DNA of 64,000 bases from Macrostomum lignano (lineage: Eukaryota), in the NCBI GenBank assembly GCA_002269645.1, contig NIVC01000380.1, positions 310,001 to 374,000 of the forward strand. The letters are read 5' to 3'. Positions 13,361-25,231 of the stretch are shown here, piece after piece. A program made the translations under genes and the position numbers. Each line of letters begins with the position of its first letter. Position 1 is the first letter of the stretch. The notes beneath the pieces are model-generated. The model ran no database searches, was not told the DNA's origin, and saw only the letters and a list, made by a program, of their open reading frames with translations.

Positions 13361-13853
13361 CCAGGGGCGCCAGCACCAGGGGCGCCAGCACCAGGGGCGC
13401 CAGCACCAGGGGCGCCAGCACCAGGGGCGCCAGCACCAGGGGCGCCAGCACCAGGGGCGCCAGCACCAGGGGCGCCAGCACCAGGGGCGCCAGCACCAGG
13501 GGCGCCAGCACCAGGGGCGCCAGCACCAGGGGCGCCAGCACCAGGGGCGCCAGCACCAGGGGCGCCAGCACCAGGGGCGCCAGCACCAGGGGCGCCAGCA
13601 CCAGGGGCGCCAGCACCAGGGGCGCCAGCACCAGGGGCGCCAGCACCAGGGGCGCCAGCACCAGGGGCGCCAGCACCAGGGGCGCCAGCACCAGGGGCGC
13701 CAGCACCAGGGGCGCCAGCACCAGGGGCGCCAGCACCAGGGGCGCCAGCACCAGGGGCGCCAGCACCAGGGGCGCCAGCACCAGGGGCGCCAGCACCAGG
13801 GGCGCCAGCACCAGGGGCGCCAGCACCAGGGGCGCCAGCACCAGGGGCGCCAG
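13361..13853. repeat. Perfect 15-bp tandem array (ccaggggcgccagca), 32 full copies plus a partial copy
   Basis: No variant units seen; GATA-like microsatellite on the left. Confidence 0.97.
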
Positions 13854-14549
13854 ACAGACAGCCCTGTTTATACTCATTACTCCATGGCATCAGCTCCAAC
13901 AATATCCCAGCCTCCCAGCAGGCTAATCATCCGCTATCGAGAGAGTGGGAGGCGGGTTGGCGATGGCCTCCCAAGTCTCGCGGCCAATTTCGCATCGCGC
14001 AAGTAAGGCTGCCAGTAGAATATCGGCAACAGCTGTGTGCGGAGCTGCGGAATTTGGCGGCATCGCAATTCAAGCCAGACCCAGCCAGCCAGCCAAGCCA
14101 GCTAGAAAATTGTGCTCCATCCGGGATGGGCTAGATCGGCTGGGGTAAGTGAGGATAAAAATTCGAAGATGGACAGACATTCTGCCTCAGCAGCAGAGTT
14201 ATATTATACTCGGCTGTGTTGTTTGGGGCGGATATTTCTGGGAATAATTTAATTTTCATTCCCCTTTCCCCAGCTGTAATACCAGGACCTATTTAGTAAA
14301 ACAGTGAAAATACACTGCGGAGATAGGGAAAATCATTTTTCATCACAAAATGAATCATTGCGTTTGAACTGGGACAGTGTGAAGATTACCATAATTACTT
14401 AAAATTTATTGTTTGTTGCTTCTTGAATCAAGTGTATTTCCCTTCTTATCCTCTCCTATCTCCGTACTGCACTTTTTGTCCAGGAAATCGGCCTCCTAAA
14501 AATTGCACTCTTTGACTTTTGCGTCCTATTATACTACAGTAGTCCATTT

Positions 14550-15095
14550 TTCATGTCAGGGACTACGATTCTTTATGTCAGGGACTACGATTTTTCATGT
14601 CAGGGACTATGATTATTTATGTCAGGGACTATGATTTTTCATGTCAGGGATTATGATTATTCATGTCAGGGACTATGATTTTTCATGTCAGGGACTATGA
14701 TTATTTATGTCAGGGACTATGATTTTTCATGTCAGGGACTATGATTATTTATGTCAGGGACTATATGAGTTTTCAAGTCAGGGACTATGAGTTTTCATGT
14801 CAGGGACTACGATTTTTCATGTCAGGGACTACGATTTTTCATATCAGGAACGATGAGTTTTCATGTCAGGGACTATGATGTTTCATGTCAGGAACTTTAA
14901 TTATTCATGTCAGGACCTCTGATTATTCATGTCAGGACCTCTGATTATTCATCTCAGGGACTTTATTTATTCATCTCAGGGAATTTATTTATTCATCTCA
15001 GGGACTATGATTATTCATCTCAGGGACTATGATTATTCATCTCAGGGACTTTAATTATTCATGTCAGGGACTTTAATTATTCATGTCAGGGACTA
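14550..15095. repeat. ~21-22-bp minisatellite (catgtcagggactatgatttt)
   Basis: Tandem units visible. Confidence 0.9.
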
Positions 15096-15744
15096 TGCAG
15101 TGCCAGCAGTGCTATGCTAATAAACACTGGGATGTCAGTAAAGTGTCAACATCCAGAGGTTAAATCGTCAAGGCAGTTGATATTCAAGGCCACCCAAGCA
15201 GCCCACGCTGACACACAAGATCTAGATAGATAGAGACGCACATTAGCAAGCCCCATTAGCGCCGCAGTTGCAGGCCCAGCTATATGTAGAGGCCATTAAT
15301 TTCCCAACTTCTTTTTGCTTCAACCGCGAGATCAAGACATGGCTAAACCGAACTGACTGACTGCTTAGTTAAAGAGCTGAAATCCCGGGAAAGTCAAATG
15401 GAAATTAGCTATTATATATGCAATCTGGAAGCGAGCAGAGTGCTGCATGGGCTGTGTCTTCTGCTTGTAGGATACAGGGAATAGATGAAGAGGAGAGAGA
15501 GAGAGACGATAGCTGCTCTCTTCTTCCCTAAGAGCCGCAGCTCTTCAGTTCCAAACCAATTCCTTTTGGGGTGGAAACATTAGCCAGTCATTCAGTACCA
15601 GTTGGCCACTTCACTTGAACGGCGCCTCTCTGATGAACTGTCAATCAGCTGAGCTGTTGAAATTATCCACCGGCTCGAACAGCGCCACCATTATAAATAA
15701 ATACGAGCATTTACTAAGATTTTATTTAAAGCATTTCATTCGTT

Positions 15745-17440
15745 AATCCATAGTAGCTATAGATTAGCAATCCATTCTGTTTCTTAATCCATAGTAGATG
15801 TAGATGTAGATTAGCAATCCATTCTCTTTCTTAATAATCCATAGTAGATGTAGATTAGCAATCCATTCTATTCCTTAATCCATAGTAGATGTAGATTAGC
15901 AATCCATTCTATTCCTTAATCCATAGTAGATGTAGATTAGCAATCCATTATATTCCTTAAGCAATAGTAGATGTAGATTAGCAATCCATTCTATCCCTTA
16001 ATCCATAGTAGATGTAGATTAGCAATCCATTATATTCCTTAAGCAATAGTAGATGTAGATTAGCAATCCATTCTATTCCTTAAGCAATAATAGATGTAGA
16101 TTAGCAATCCATTCTATTCCTTAATCCTTAGTAGATGTAGATTAGCAATCCATTATATTCCTTAATCCATAGTAGATGTAGATTAGCAATCCATTCTATT
16201 CCTTAAGCAATAGTAGATGTAGATTAGCAATCCATTCTATTCCCTAAGAAATAGTAGATGTAGATTAGCAATCCATTCTATTCCTTAATCCTTAGTAGAT
16301 GTAGATTAGCAATCCATTATATTCCTTAAGCAATAGTAGATGTAGATTAGCAATCCATTCTATTCCTTAAGCAATAGTAGATGTAGATTAGCAATCCATT
16401 CTATTCCTTAATCCTTAGTAGATGTAGATTAGCAATCCATTATATTCCTTAATCCATAGTAGATGTAGATTAGCAATCCATTCTATTCCTTAATCCTTAG
16501 TAGATGTAGATTAGCAATCCATTCTATTCCTTAATCCATAGTAGATGTAGATTAGCAATCCATTCTATTCCTTAAGCAATAGTAGATGTAGATTAGCAAT
16601 CCATTCTATTCCTTAAGCAATAGTAGATGTAGATTAGCAATCCATTCTATTCCTTAAGCAATAGTAGATGTAGATTAGCAATCCATTCTATTCCTTAAGC
16701 AATAGTAGATGTAGATTAGCAATCCATTCTATTCCTTAAGCAATAGTAGATGTAGATTAGCAATCCATTCTATTCCTTAAGCAATAGTAGATGTAGATTA
16801 GCAATCCATTCTATTCCTTAAGCAATAGTAGATGTAGATTAGCAATCCATTCTATTCCTTAAGCAATAGTAGATGTAGATTAGCAATCCATTATATTCCT
16901 TAAGCAATAGTAGATGTAGATTAGCAATCCATTCTATTCCTTAAGCAATAGTAGATGTAGATTAGCAATCCATTATATTCCTTAAGCAATAGTAGATGTA
17001 GATTAGCAATCCATTATATTCCTTAAGCAATAGTAGATGTAGATTAGCAATCCATTCTATTCCTTAAGCAATAGTAGATGTAGATTAGCAATCCATTACA
17101 TTCCTTAAGCAATAGTAGATGTAGATTAGCAATCCATTCTATTCCTTAAGCAATAGTAGATGTAGATTAGCAATCCATTCTATTCCTTAAGCAATAGTAG
17201 ATGTAGATTAGCAATCCATTCTATTCCTTAAGCAATAGCAGATGTAGATTAGCAATCCATTCTATTCCTTAAGCAATAGTAGATGTAGATTAGCGATCCA
17301 TTCTATTCCTTAAGCAATAGTAGATGTAGATTAGCAATCCATTCTATTCCTTAAGCAATAGCAGATGTAGATTAGCAATCCATTCTATTCCTTAAGCAAT
17401 AGTAGATGTAGATTAGCGATCCATTCTATCCCTTAATCCA
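15745..17440. repeat. 41-bp tandem array (cattctattccttaagcaatagtagatgtagattagcaatc), about 40 copies
   Basis: Head-to-tail units with no spacers; TTAATCC variant enriched on the left, TTAAGCA on the right. Confidence 0.95.
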
Positions 17441-17909
17441 TGTTGGCTTTAGATTATAAATCCATTTTGACACTGAAATCAAATAGAAGAGATTTTCTAT
17501 AAAGACGTGTTTCAATTGTGCAATTACAGATTTGGGAAGTCTATGGACTGTTGCTTATTGAAGACATTGCAATTTATTTTAGTTGAATATTTATATGGAA
17601 TTTACTATTTTTATGCAAACAATAGTGCCGCAGAATCATCACTATTAAACAAGTAAACAAGTACACACACAAACAAGCAAAACAAATGGTTATTAATAAT
17701 GATTACTACAAAATAATATTACGCATACAGTATATACGAATAGAAATTCCATAATAAACAAAACTCACAATTTAAACATAAAAATATAGGCATTTAAGCC
17801 AGTTTAACCAGCTCTTGAATGTTTCAATTACAAGTCATCAGCTCCGACTTTTAAGCTAGTTAGCGAGCAACTGACAGCGAAAATGGCAATGACAATACGA
17901 ACGAAACTT

Positions 17910-18255
17910 GGTGACAGTGGTAGTGGAAATCGGGGTGACAGTGGAGTGAACATTGGGGTGACGGTAGAGTAACGTAGTGGACATCAGGGTGACAGTGGAG
18001 TGACAGTGGTAGTGGACATCAGTTTGACAGTGGAGTGACAGTGGTAGTGGACATCAGGGTGACAGTGGAGTGACAGTGGTAGTGGACATCAGGGTGACAG
18101 TGGAGTGACAGTGGTAGCGGACATCAGGGTGACAGTGGAGTGACAGTGGTAGTGGACATCAGGGTGACAGTGGAGTGACAGTGGTAGTGGACATCAGGGT
18201 GACAGTGGAGTGACAGTGGTAGTGGACATCGGGGTGACAGCGGAGTGGACATTGG
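17910..18255. repeat. 35-bp minisatellite (gacagtggagtgacagtggtagtggacatcagggt)
   Basis: Tandem units visible. Confidence 0.9.
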
Positions 18256-18841
18256 GGCGCTATTTCGCGGACATTATCATAAAAGCTGCAGCAAGGTGAA
18301 ACGTGATTAGCAGAAGATAGAAAAAATGCGCCAGCCACGAGCGAGTCACGGGCTAAATATAAACTGTCAAAAATGTTTTACTTCGTATTAACCTGGGGAC
18401 GCGGAGGGCACGGCCAGTGACTATATAATTAACAATTTTATTATTAGCAATAACAAGTAGTAGCTAAGGCATTTATTACAGCATACTGAATATTGGCACG
18501 GAACCATGGTTGCTAAAGTGATTCTTGCAACACTTCTTTCTTCGAGAGAGACAGGAGAGGAGATGGAGACAGGGGAAAGGAGAGAGTGGAGAGAGGAGAG
18601 AAGAGAGGAGAGAGGGGAAAGGGGGAGGAGAGGGAGAAGGGAGGTGGAGAGGAGGAGAGGAGAGGAGAGGGAGAGGAGAGAGGAGAGAGAGAAGGGAGGA
18701 CGGAGGGGGAGAGAGGAGACGGAGGGGGAGAGAGGAGACGGAGAGGAGAGGAGAGTGGGGAGGAGAGACGGAGAGGGGAGAGGAGGGAAGTGAGAGAGAT
18801 CAGAGAAGCGGGATTGCCATGTTAAAAGATTTCAAAAGACC

Positions 18842-19208
18842 CTAGGGCAGGATAGAGAGGCTTAGCGCGGGACTCTATGGCAGGATAGAGAGGCTTAGCG
18901 CGGGACTCTAGGGCAGGATAGAGAGGCTTAGCGCGGGACTCTATGGCAGGATAGAGAGGCTTAGCGCGGGACTCTAAGGCAGGATAGAGAGGCTTAGCGC
19001 GGGACTCTATGGCAGGATAGAGAGGCTTAGCGCGGGACTCTAAGGCAGGATAGAGAGGCTTAGCGCGGGACTCTAAGGCAGGATAGAGAGGCTTAGCGCG
19101 GGACTCTAAGGCAGGATAGAGAGGCTTAGCGCGGGACTCTAAGGCAGGATAGAGAGGCTTAGCGCGGGACTCTAAGGCAGGATAGAGAGGCTTAGCGCGG
19201 GACTCTAC
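18842..19208. repeat. 33-bp minisatellite (taaggcaggatagagaggcttagcgcgggactc), about 11 copies
   Basis: Tandem units; source of the ESRAKPLYPAL ORF. Confidence 0.92.
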
Positions 19209-19351
19209 CGTCTCTGGTGCAGAAGAAACGCTTGTGGAACCAGAAAAGCGCAACTTAAATTTGGCCAGGGAACCGAACCGGGCACACCAATATGAACAGA
19301 AAATGCAAACGGAAAAAACATTTGTCAGTTTAATTGATTTAATGAATTCAT

Positions 19352-22300
19352 CTAAGAGGCCAGAAATCTTCTTATGCCGAGATCGCGCCTAGCGCTCAGG
19401 CCGCAGCCGCCGGTCAGCAGCTGGGACAACCCGTTGGCCAGCGACAGCTCGCTACGACGCTGCCAAGGCGTCAACGATTCTTCAATTCGACCGTCGATTA
19501 AGCCGAACAATTCGTCGCCGGCGAATCGGCGAGAGACGCCGAGACGTCGAATCAGCTCGTCTGGACGCTGTTTGACGCGTTGACAGTCGGGCGGCGTCGG
19601 CGGAGGCGACGGGGCCAGTAGGTGCCAATCGACGCCAAGACAACGCAGCGCGCTCTGATGCCGCGGGTGTCGCGGCGACAAGCTGGAATCTTTGACTGTA
19701 TCATCGGCGTCGTCGACATTCGAAGGCGACATTGGCAGCGGCGAAGTTTCGACGTCGGACACCGGGACGGCGTCGGCTAGAAGGGTCTCTTCGATGCCAG
19801 GCATGGCGTAACGCTGAGGCGCCAGACGATACTCTTCGTCCAGTGACGACGGAGGCGGCAAAGGCGGCTGGACGGCGCGACTGTCGATTTGACGGCGTCG
19901 ACGTTTGATGACAGCGGCGGCGTCTGGTTGCGGCAGAATTCGGCGAACCAGACGGTCGAGGAGCCACGCGTCGCTGCTACCATTGGCGGCGGAGTGACGG
20001 TCCAAGCTGTCGCTGCGGATTGCGAAGGGGTGAGATAGGAGTTTTAAAGGGTGAGATTGGAGTTTGAAAAGGTGAGATAGGAGTTTGAAGGGGTGAGATA
20101 GGGGTTCTAAAGGGTGAGATTGGAGTTTGAAAGGGTGAGATTGGTGTTTGAAAGGGTGAGATTGGAGTTTTAAAGGGTGAGATTGGAGTTTGAAAGGGTG
20201 AGATTGGTGTTTGAAAGGGTGAGATTGGTGTTTGAAGGGGTGAGATTAGAGTTTGAAAGGGTGAGATTGGAGTTTGAAAGGGTGAGATTGGAGTTTGAAA
20301 GGGTGAGATTAGAGTTTGAAAGGGTGAGATTGGTGTTTGAAAGGGTGAGATTGGTGTTTGAAAGGGTGAGATAGGAGTTTGAAGGGGTGAGATAGGGGTT
20401 CTAAAGGGTGAGATTGGAGTTTGAAAGGGTGAGATTGGTGTTTGAAAGGGTGAGATTGGAGTTTTAAAGGGTGAGATTGGAGTTTTAAAGGGCGAGATTG
20501 GAGTTTGAAAGGGTGAGATTGGTGTTTGAAAGGGTGAGATTGGAGTTTGAAAGGGTGAGATTGGTGTTTGAAAGGGTGAGATTGGTGTTTGAAGGGGTGA
20601 GATTAGAGTTTGAAGGGGTGAGATTGGAGTTTGAAAGGGTGAGATTGGAGTTTGAAAGGGTGAGATTAGAGTTTGAAAGGGTGAGATTGGTGTTTGAAAG
20701 GGTGAGATTGGTGTTTGAAAGGGTGAGATTGGTGTTTGAAGGGGTGAGATTGGTGTTTGAAGAGGTGAGATTGGCGTTTGAAAGGGTGAGATTGGTGTTT
20801 GAAGTGGTGAGACTGGTGTTTGAAGGAGTGAGAATGGTGTATGAAGGGGAGATTGATGTTTGAAGGGGAGATTGATGTTTAAAGAGGTGAGATTGATATT
20901 TGAAGGGTCATATTGGTATTTAAGAGGTGAGATTACAGTTTAAAAGGAGTGGTGAGATTTGTGTTTGAGGTATTAAGGGGATTTGGTGCTATGTTTGGAT
21001 GCACGATTAGCGTCTTAAGATTAGTGCTCAGGGGCAAGAGAGTGAGGCTATCTTTACTGAGTATCCCTGAGCCGGAGACTTACCCGCTATCGCTTCCGTC
21101 GCTGCCATCCCGGCTCAAATCGCTAACTGAGCTGCTGCCGCTCTGAAGCAGCAGCCTCCGACGCCGCCTGCTCTGGCCGTCGGCTTCAGCGGCGATGGCT
21201 TGGCGCGCCCGACGGGCGCTGGACGTTGCAGTTGACGAGCTTTCAGACACTTTCCTGCGGTGCTTGGAGTCCCTGATTCGGCTGCGCTCCCGACTTCGGT
21301 TCCGACTTCGATCCCGACTTCGGTTTCGACTTCGATCCCCACTTCGGTTGCGACTTCGATCCCGACTTCGATCTCGACTTCGGTTGCGACTTCGATCCCG
21401 ACTTCGGTTGCGACTTCGATCCTGACTTCGGTTGCGACTTCGATCCCGACTTCGGTTGCGACTTCGATCCTGACTTCGGTTGCGACTTCGATCCCGACTT
21501 CGGTTTCGACTTCGATCCCGACTTCGGTTCCGACTTCGGTTCCGACTTCGGTTTCGACTTCGATCCCGACTTCGGTTCCGACTTCGATCTCGACTTCGGT
21601 TCCCACTTCGATCTCGACTTCGGTTCCGACTTCGATCTCGACTTCGGTTCCGACTTCGATCCCGACTTCGGTTGCGACTTCGATCCCGGTCCCGATCTAG
21701 ACTTCGATTTTGAGTTCTATCACGATCCTGACTTCGGTCACGTTCACGGTCCCGACTTCGATCACGTTCACGGTCCCGACTCCGATCACGATCACGTTCA
21801 CGGTCCCGACTCCGATCACGATCACGTTCACGGTCCCGACTCCGATCACGATCACGTTCACGGTCCCGACTTCGATCACGATCACGGTTCCGACTAGTGT
21901 TTAGAATAACGTCCTGACTTCGATTATGACCATGATCAGGACTGTGATCCGGACTTTGATCATGGTTTAAGCCCCGACCTTGATTCTCTGCTCGAATAGC
22001 TAATCGATCGTGGCTTTCATCACCTTGACAGTTTTCTTTAGATTCTTTGACATCTTGGCGGTCGACACTATTAACTTTGTCTTGATCTTCGATGTCATGA
22101 CAAGTTTCAACAAACTGTTTATGGTTGATGTCTTGAGGTCCTGCTTCGTTGCCGCTGTACATAGCAATCTGCTCCAGATTCGTTGCATCGTAATTATCCA
22201 TTCGATCCTCCGCTTCGTTCGGCTCAAGCTTCACCTCTCGGCGCGTACTTTGATCTTTAACTTGTTCCCGGTTTTTCTGTAGACATTCTGGCCACTCCTT

Positions 22301-24208
22301 TTCACTTTGGGTGTCATTCGGCTTGATTTTCTTGTCTTCGTGTTCACAACTTCGAGTATAGACATGCTCACTGTTTCTAGACCTTTGTTCATCATGATTC
22401 TGGCTTTCAACGTTCACTTGCTCAGTTTCTTTCTTTTTTCGTTCAGTTTGATCTTTGCTTTGATTGTCTACATTATCGCTGCTCTTGTCTTTGCGATCGC
22501 GACTATGGGTGTCCACCTTGTCGCTGCTCTTGTCTTTGCGATCGCGACTTTTGGTTTCCACCTTATCGCTATTCTTGTCTTTGCGATCGCGACTTTTAGT
22601 GTCTACCTTATCGCTGCTCTTGTCTTTGCGATCGTGACTTCGGGTGTCCCCTTTATCGCCGCTCTTGTCTTTGCGATCGCGAATTTGGGTGTCGACCTTA
22701 TCGCTATTCTTGTCTTTGCGATCGCGACTTTGGGTGTCCACCTTATCGCTATTCTTGTCTTTGCGATCGCGACTTTGGGTGTCCACCTTATCGCTATTCT
22801 TGTCTTTGCGATCGTGACTTCGGGTGTCCCCTTTATCGCCGCTCTTGTCTTTGCGATCGCGAATTTGGGTGTCGACCTTATCGCTATTCTTGTCTTTGCG
22901 ATCGCGACTTTGGGTGTCCACCTTATCGCTATTCTTGTCTTTTCGATCGTGACTTCGGGTGTCCCCTTTATCGCCGCTTTTGTCTTTGCGATCGCGAATT
23001 TGGGTGTCGACCTTATCGCTATTCTTGTCTTTGCGATCGTGACTTCGGGTGTCCCCTTTATCGCCGCTTTTGTCTTTGCGATCGCGACTATGGGTGTCCA
23101 CCTTGTGGCTGCTCTTGTCTTTGCGATCGCGACTTTCGATTTCCATTCTTCCACCTTTGTTATCCTTGTGTTTAGCAAGATCAAACTCGAGGTCCTCCTG
23201 GTCATTGCCTTTCTCTTTGTGCTTACTATGAGAGTCCTTTTGTTTACTGATTTTATCACTGTGCTTACCGCGATCATCACTTTGACTGTCCACTTTGTCA
23301 CTGCTCTTGTCTGCGCGTTCATCTTGTTCACGACTTCTAGACTCGACTTTTCTACTGTTCTTATCTTTGCTTTGATCTTTATCGCTACGTTGGCTGTCTA
23401 CCTGTTTACTGTTCGTACATTTGAGCTCAACTAGATTGAGAGTTTCAGAACTTATTTCTTCGACACAGTCTTCGGATGAAATTGCAACTGTACCTGACAG
23501 CTGGTGGCTATTAAGCGTCTCAGGTTCAGGTTGGCTAACGCTTTTAACAGGAATTGCATCGAGTTGACTGCTTCTAGGCAGTTCATCAGCTTGCAGCTGG
23601 TTTTTACTATTTGGCTCAGTGGCTTGCAAATGCTGCAAGTCATCGGCACAGTTCTGAGCGTTGAGCGACTCCCATTCTGGATCAACCAGCATCAACTCAT
23701 CCTGAGGCGGCTCCAGCTCATCTTCATCGCTATCGCTGCTATCTTCGTCCTCTACAACTGATTGATCTTTTTCAACGCGCCGTTTGCGATCCTTTTTCTC
23801 GTCGCTTTTAGATCGCTTCGCTTTCTTGGCGGATTTCTTGTGACTTGACTTTTTCTTTTTCTTCTTTTTTTCCGAAGGCGACGGGTGTTCGACTTTGGAA
23901 TTTTTCGACTTTTTAATATCGCCGCTACCGCTTAAGCCGCCGCCGTCAGTTCTGCGCCGCTTCTCCCGCGGCCTTGATCTGTCGTCGTCAGCGTCTAGAG
24001 TACGACGCGGCGCCGTTGGCGACAAGGATCGATCCTTACCAGTTGATTTCTTTGCTTTCAAATCGTCTTTAACTTTTGTCTGACGCTCTTCATGACGCTG
24101 GTGATGGTGGCGATGATGAGATGACGATCGTGGATTGGTGGGTGACGACGAATGGCCGATGCGCGATTCGCGACGCGAAGACTTGTCTTTGTCCGGCTTG
24201 CCCGACAT
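19352..24208 (-). CDS. ZC3H13: RS/RD-repeat nuclear protein with a ZC3H13/Flacc-like C-terminal domain, 2 exons, 1261 aa
   Basis: Exon 24208-21084 ends GG|GTAAGT; exon 20012-19352 follows ccgcAG; phase 2 joins the 1042-aa and 217-aa ORFs (3786 nt). The C-terminus VDWHLLAP..PDELIRRLGVSRRFAGDELF..CGLSARRDLGIRRFL resembles, from memory, ZC3H13 LDWSGLMP..PGAVMLRVGISKKLAGSELF..CKALCFRRDSAIRKQL. The CDS is secure; orthology is less so. Confidence 0.7.
20027..20960. repeat. 21-bp minisatellite (gggtgagattggagtttgaaa) filling the ZC3H13-like intron
   Basis: Array starts about 13 nt from the acceptor; intron is 20013-21083. Confidence 0.93.
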
Positions 24209-24576
24209 GAATAATCATGAATAAAAAACTAATAAATGCGAGCATACAGATACGTCGCGTTGGTTGGTAGCGCTTGGACCAAATTATGCACTAAAGCAGG
24301 GTCGGAAAACTCCGGCCCGCGAGCCTCTCTATCCTTTGAAACTTCACAATAGCAAACTACTCGATGTTTGTGTCTCTTCTCAATTCCCTTGTCTCCTATC
24401 CATTCTCTATTCTCCTTTCTCCCCTCCCCCGGCCCGCAGCCATGCACTGGGTTGTCTATCTGGCATTAAAATAAAACGAAAACAAAACAAAAGAGCCAGT
24501 GTTTTTTAACACACAAGTTTTATGATCCGAATATTCTAATTAGCGAGTATATTTCATATTTAATCCATGCTTACAT

Positions 24577-24607
<31 letters not shown>

Positions 24608-25231
24608 GGTTTATGTAACAGGGCATATTGTGAATCAATCGTGACAACAAACAGACCTAACCGTATTTCAGTAAAGATAGTCAGTAGTATGCAACAAGAC
24701 AGATGCCGCATGATCTATTATGCACTTATTTAAATGATTAAACATATCAAAAACAGTAGGTAGACTTGAATAAGAACATATAGGAGAGAAATTCACAATC
24801 ACAATGCCACATTCACGTATACTGAAGCGTAAAAAGTGAATTATTCTGCAGCATGTCAATTTTTTATTGAAAAAAGAGAAAGTTTCTTCGATAATAGTAA
24901 AACTGCATTTATTATGACAGCTTTGAGACACATAATGAAGATTCTCATACAAAAAACACGCTAATGAGTTTATTAAAAGTTTTGTCATAGTTTTTTCATA
25001 CTGCGCTGATGGTAACTTTTAAAAGTTGCGTACATCCTTGAGGGCGGGTGATGTACAGACAAGCGTAGCTTACATCCTTGAGGGCGGGTGAGGTGCAGAC
25101 AAGCGTAGCTTACATCCTTGAGGGCGGGTGAGGTACAGACAAGCGTAGCTTACATGCTTGAGGGCGGGTGAGGTACAGACAAGCGTAGCTTACATGCTTG
25201 AGGGCGGGTGAGGTGCAGACAAGCGTAGCTT

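Noticed and set aside
15745-17440. CRISPR-like appearance of the 41-bp array (also the 40-bp and 35-bp arrays)
   Set aside because: Head-to-tail units with no unique spacers, no cas genes, and a eukaryotic context.
22307-23434. 375-aa hydrophobic plus-strand ORF resembling a multi-pass membrane protein
   Set aside because: Antisense shadow of the K/D/R-rich coding repeats of the ZC3H13-like exon.
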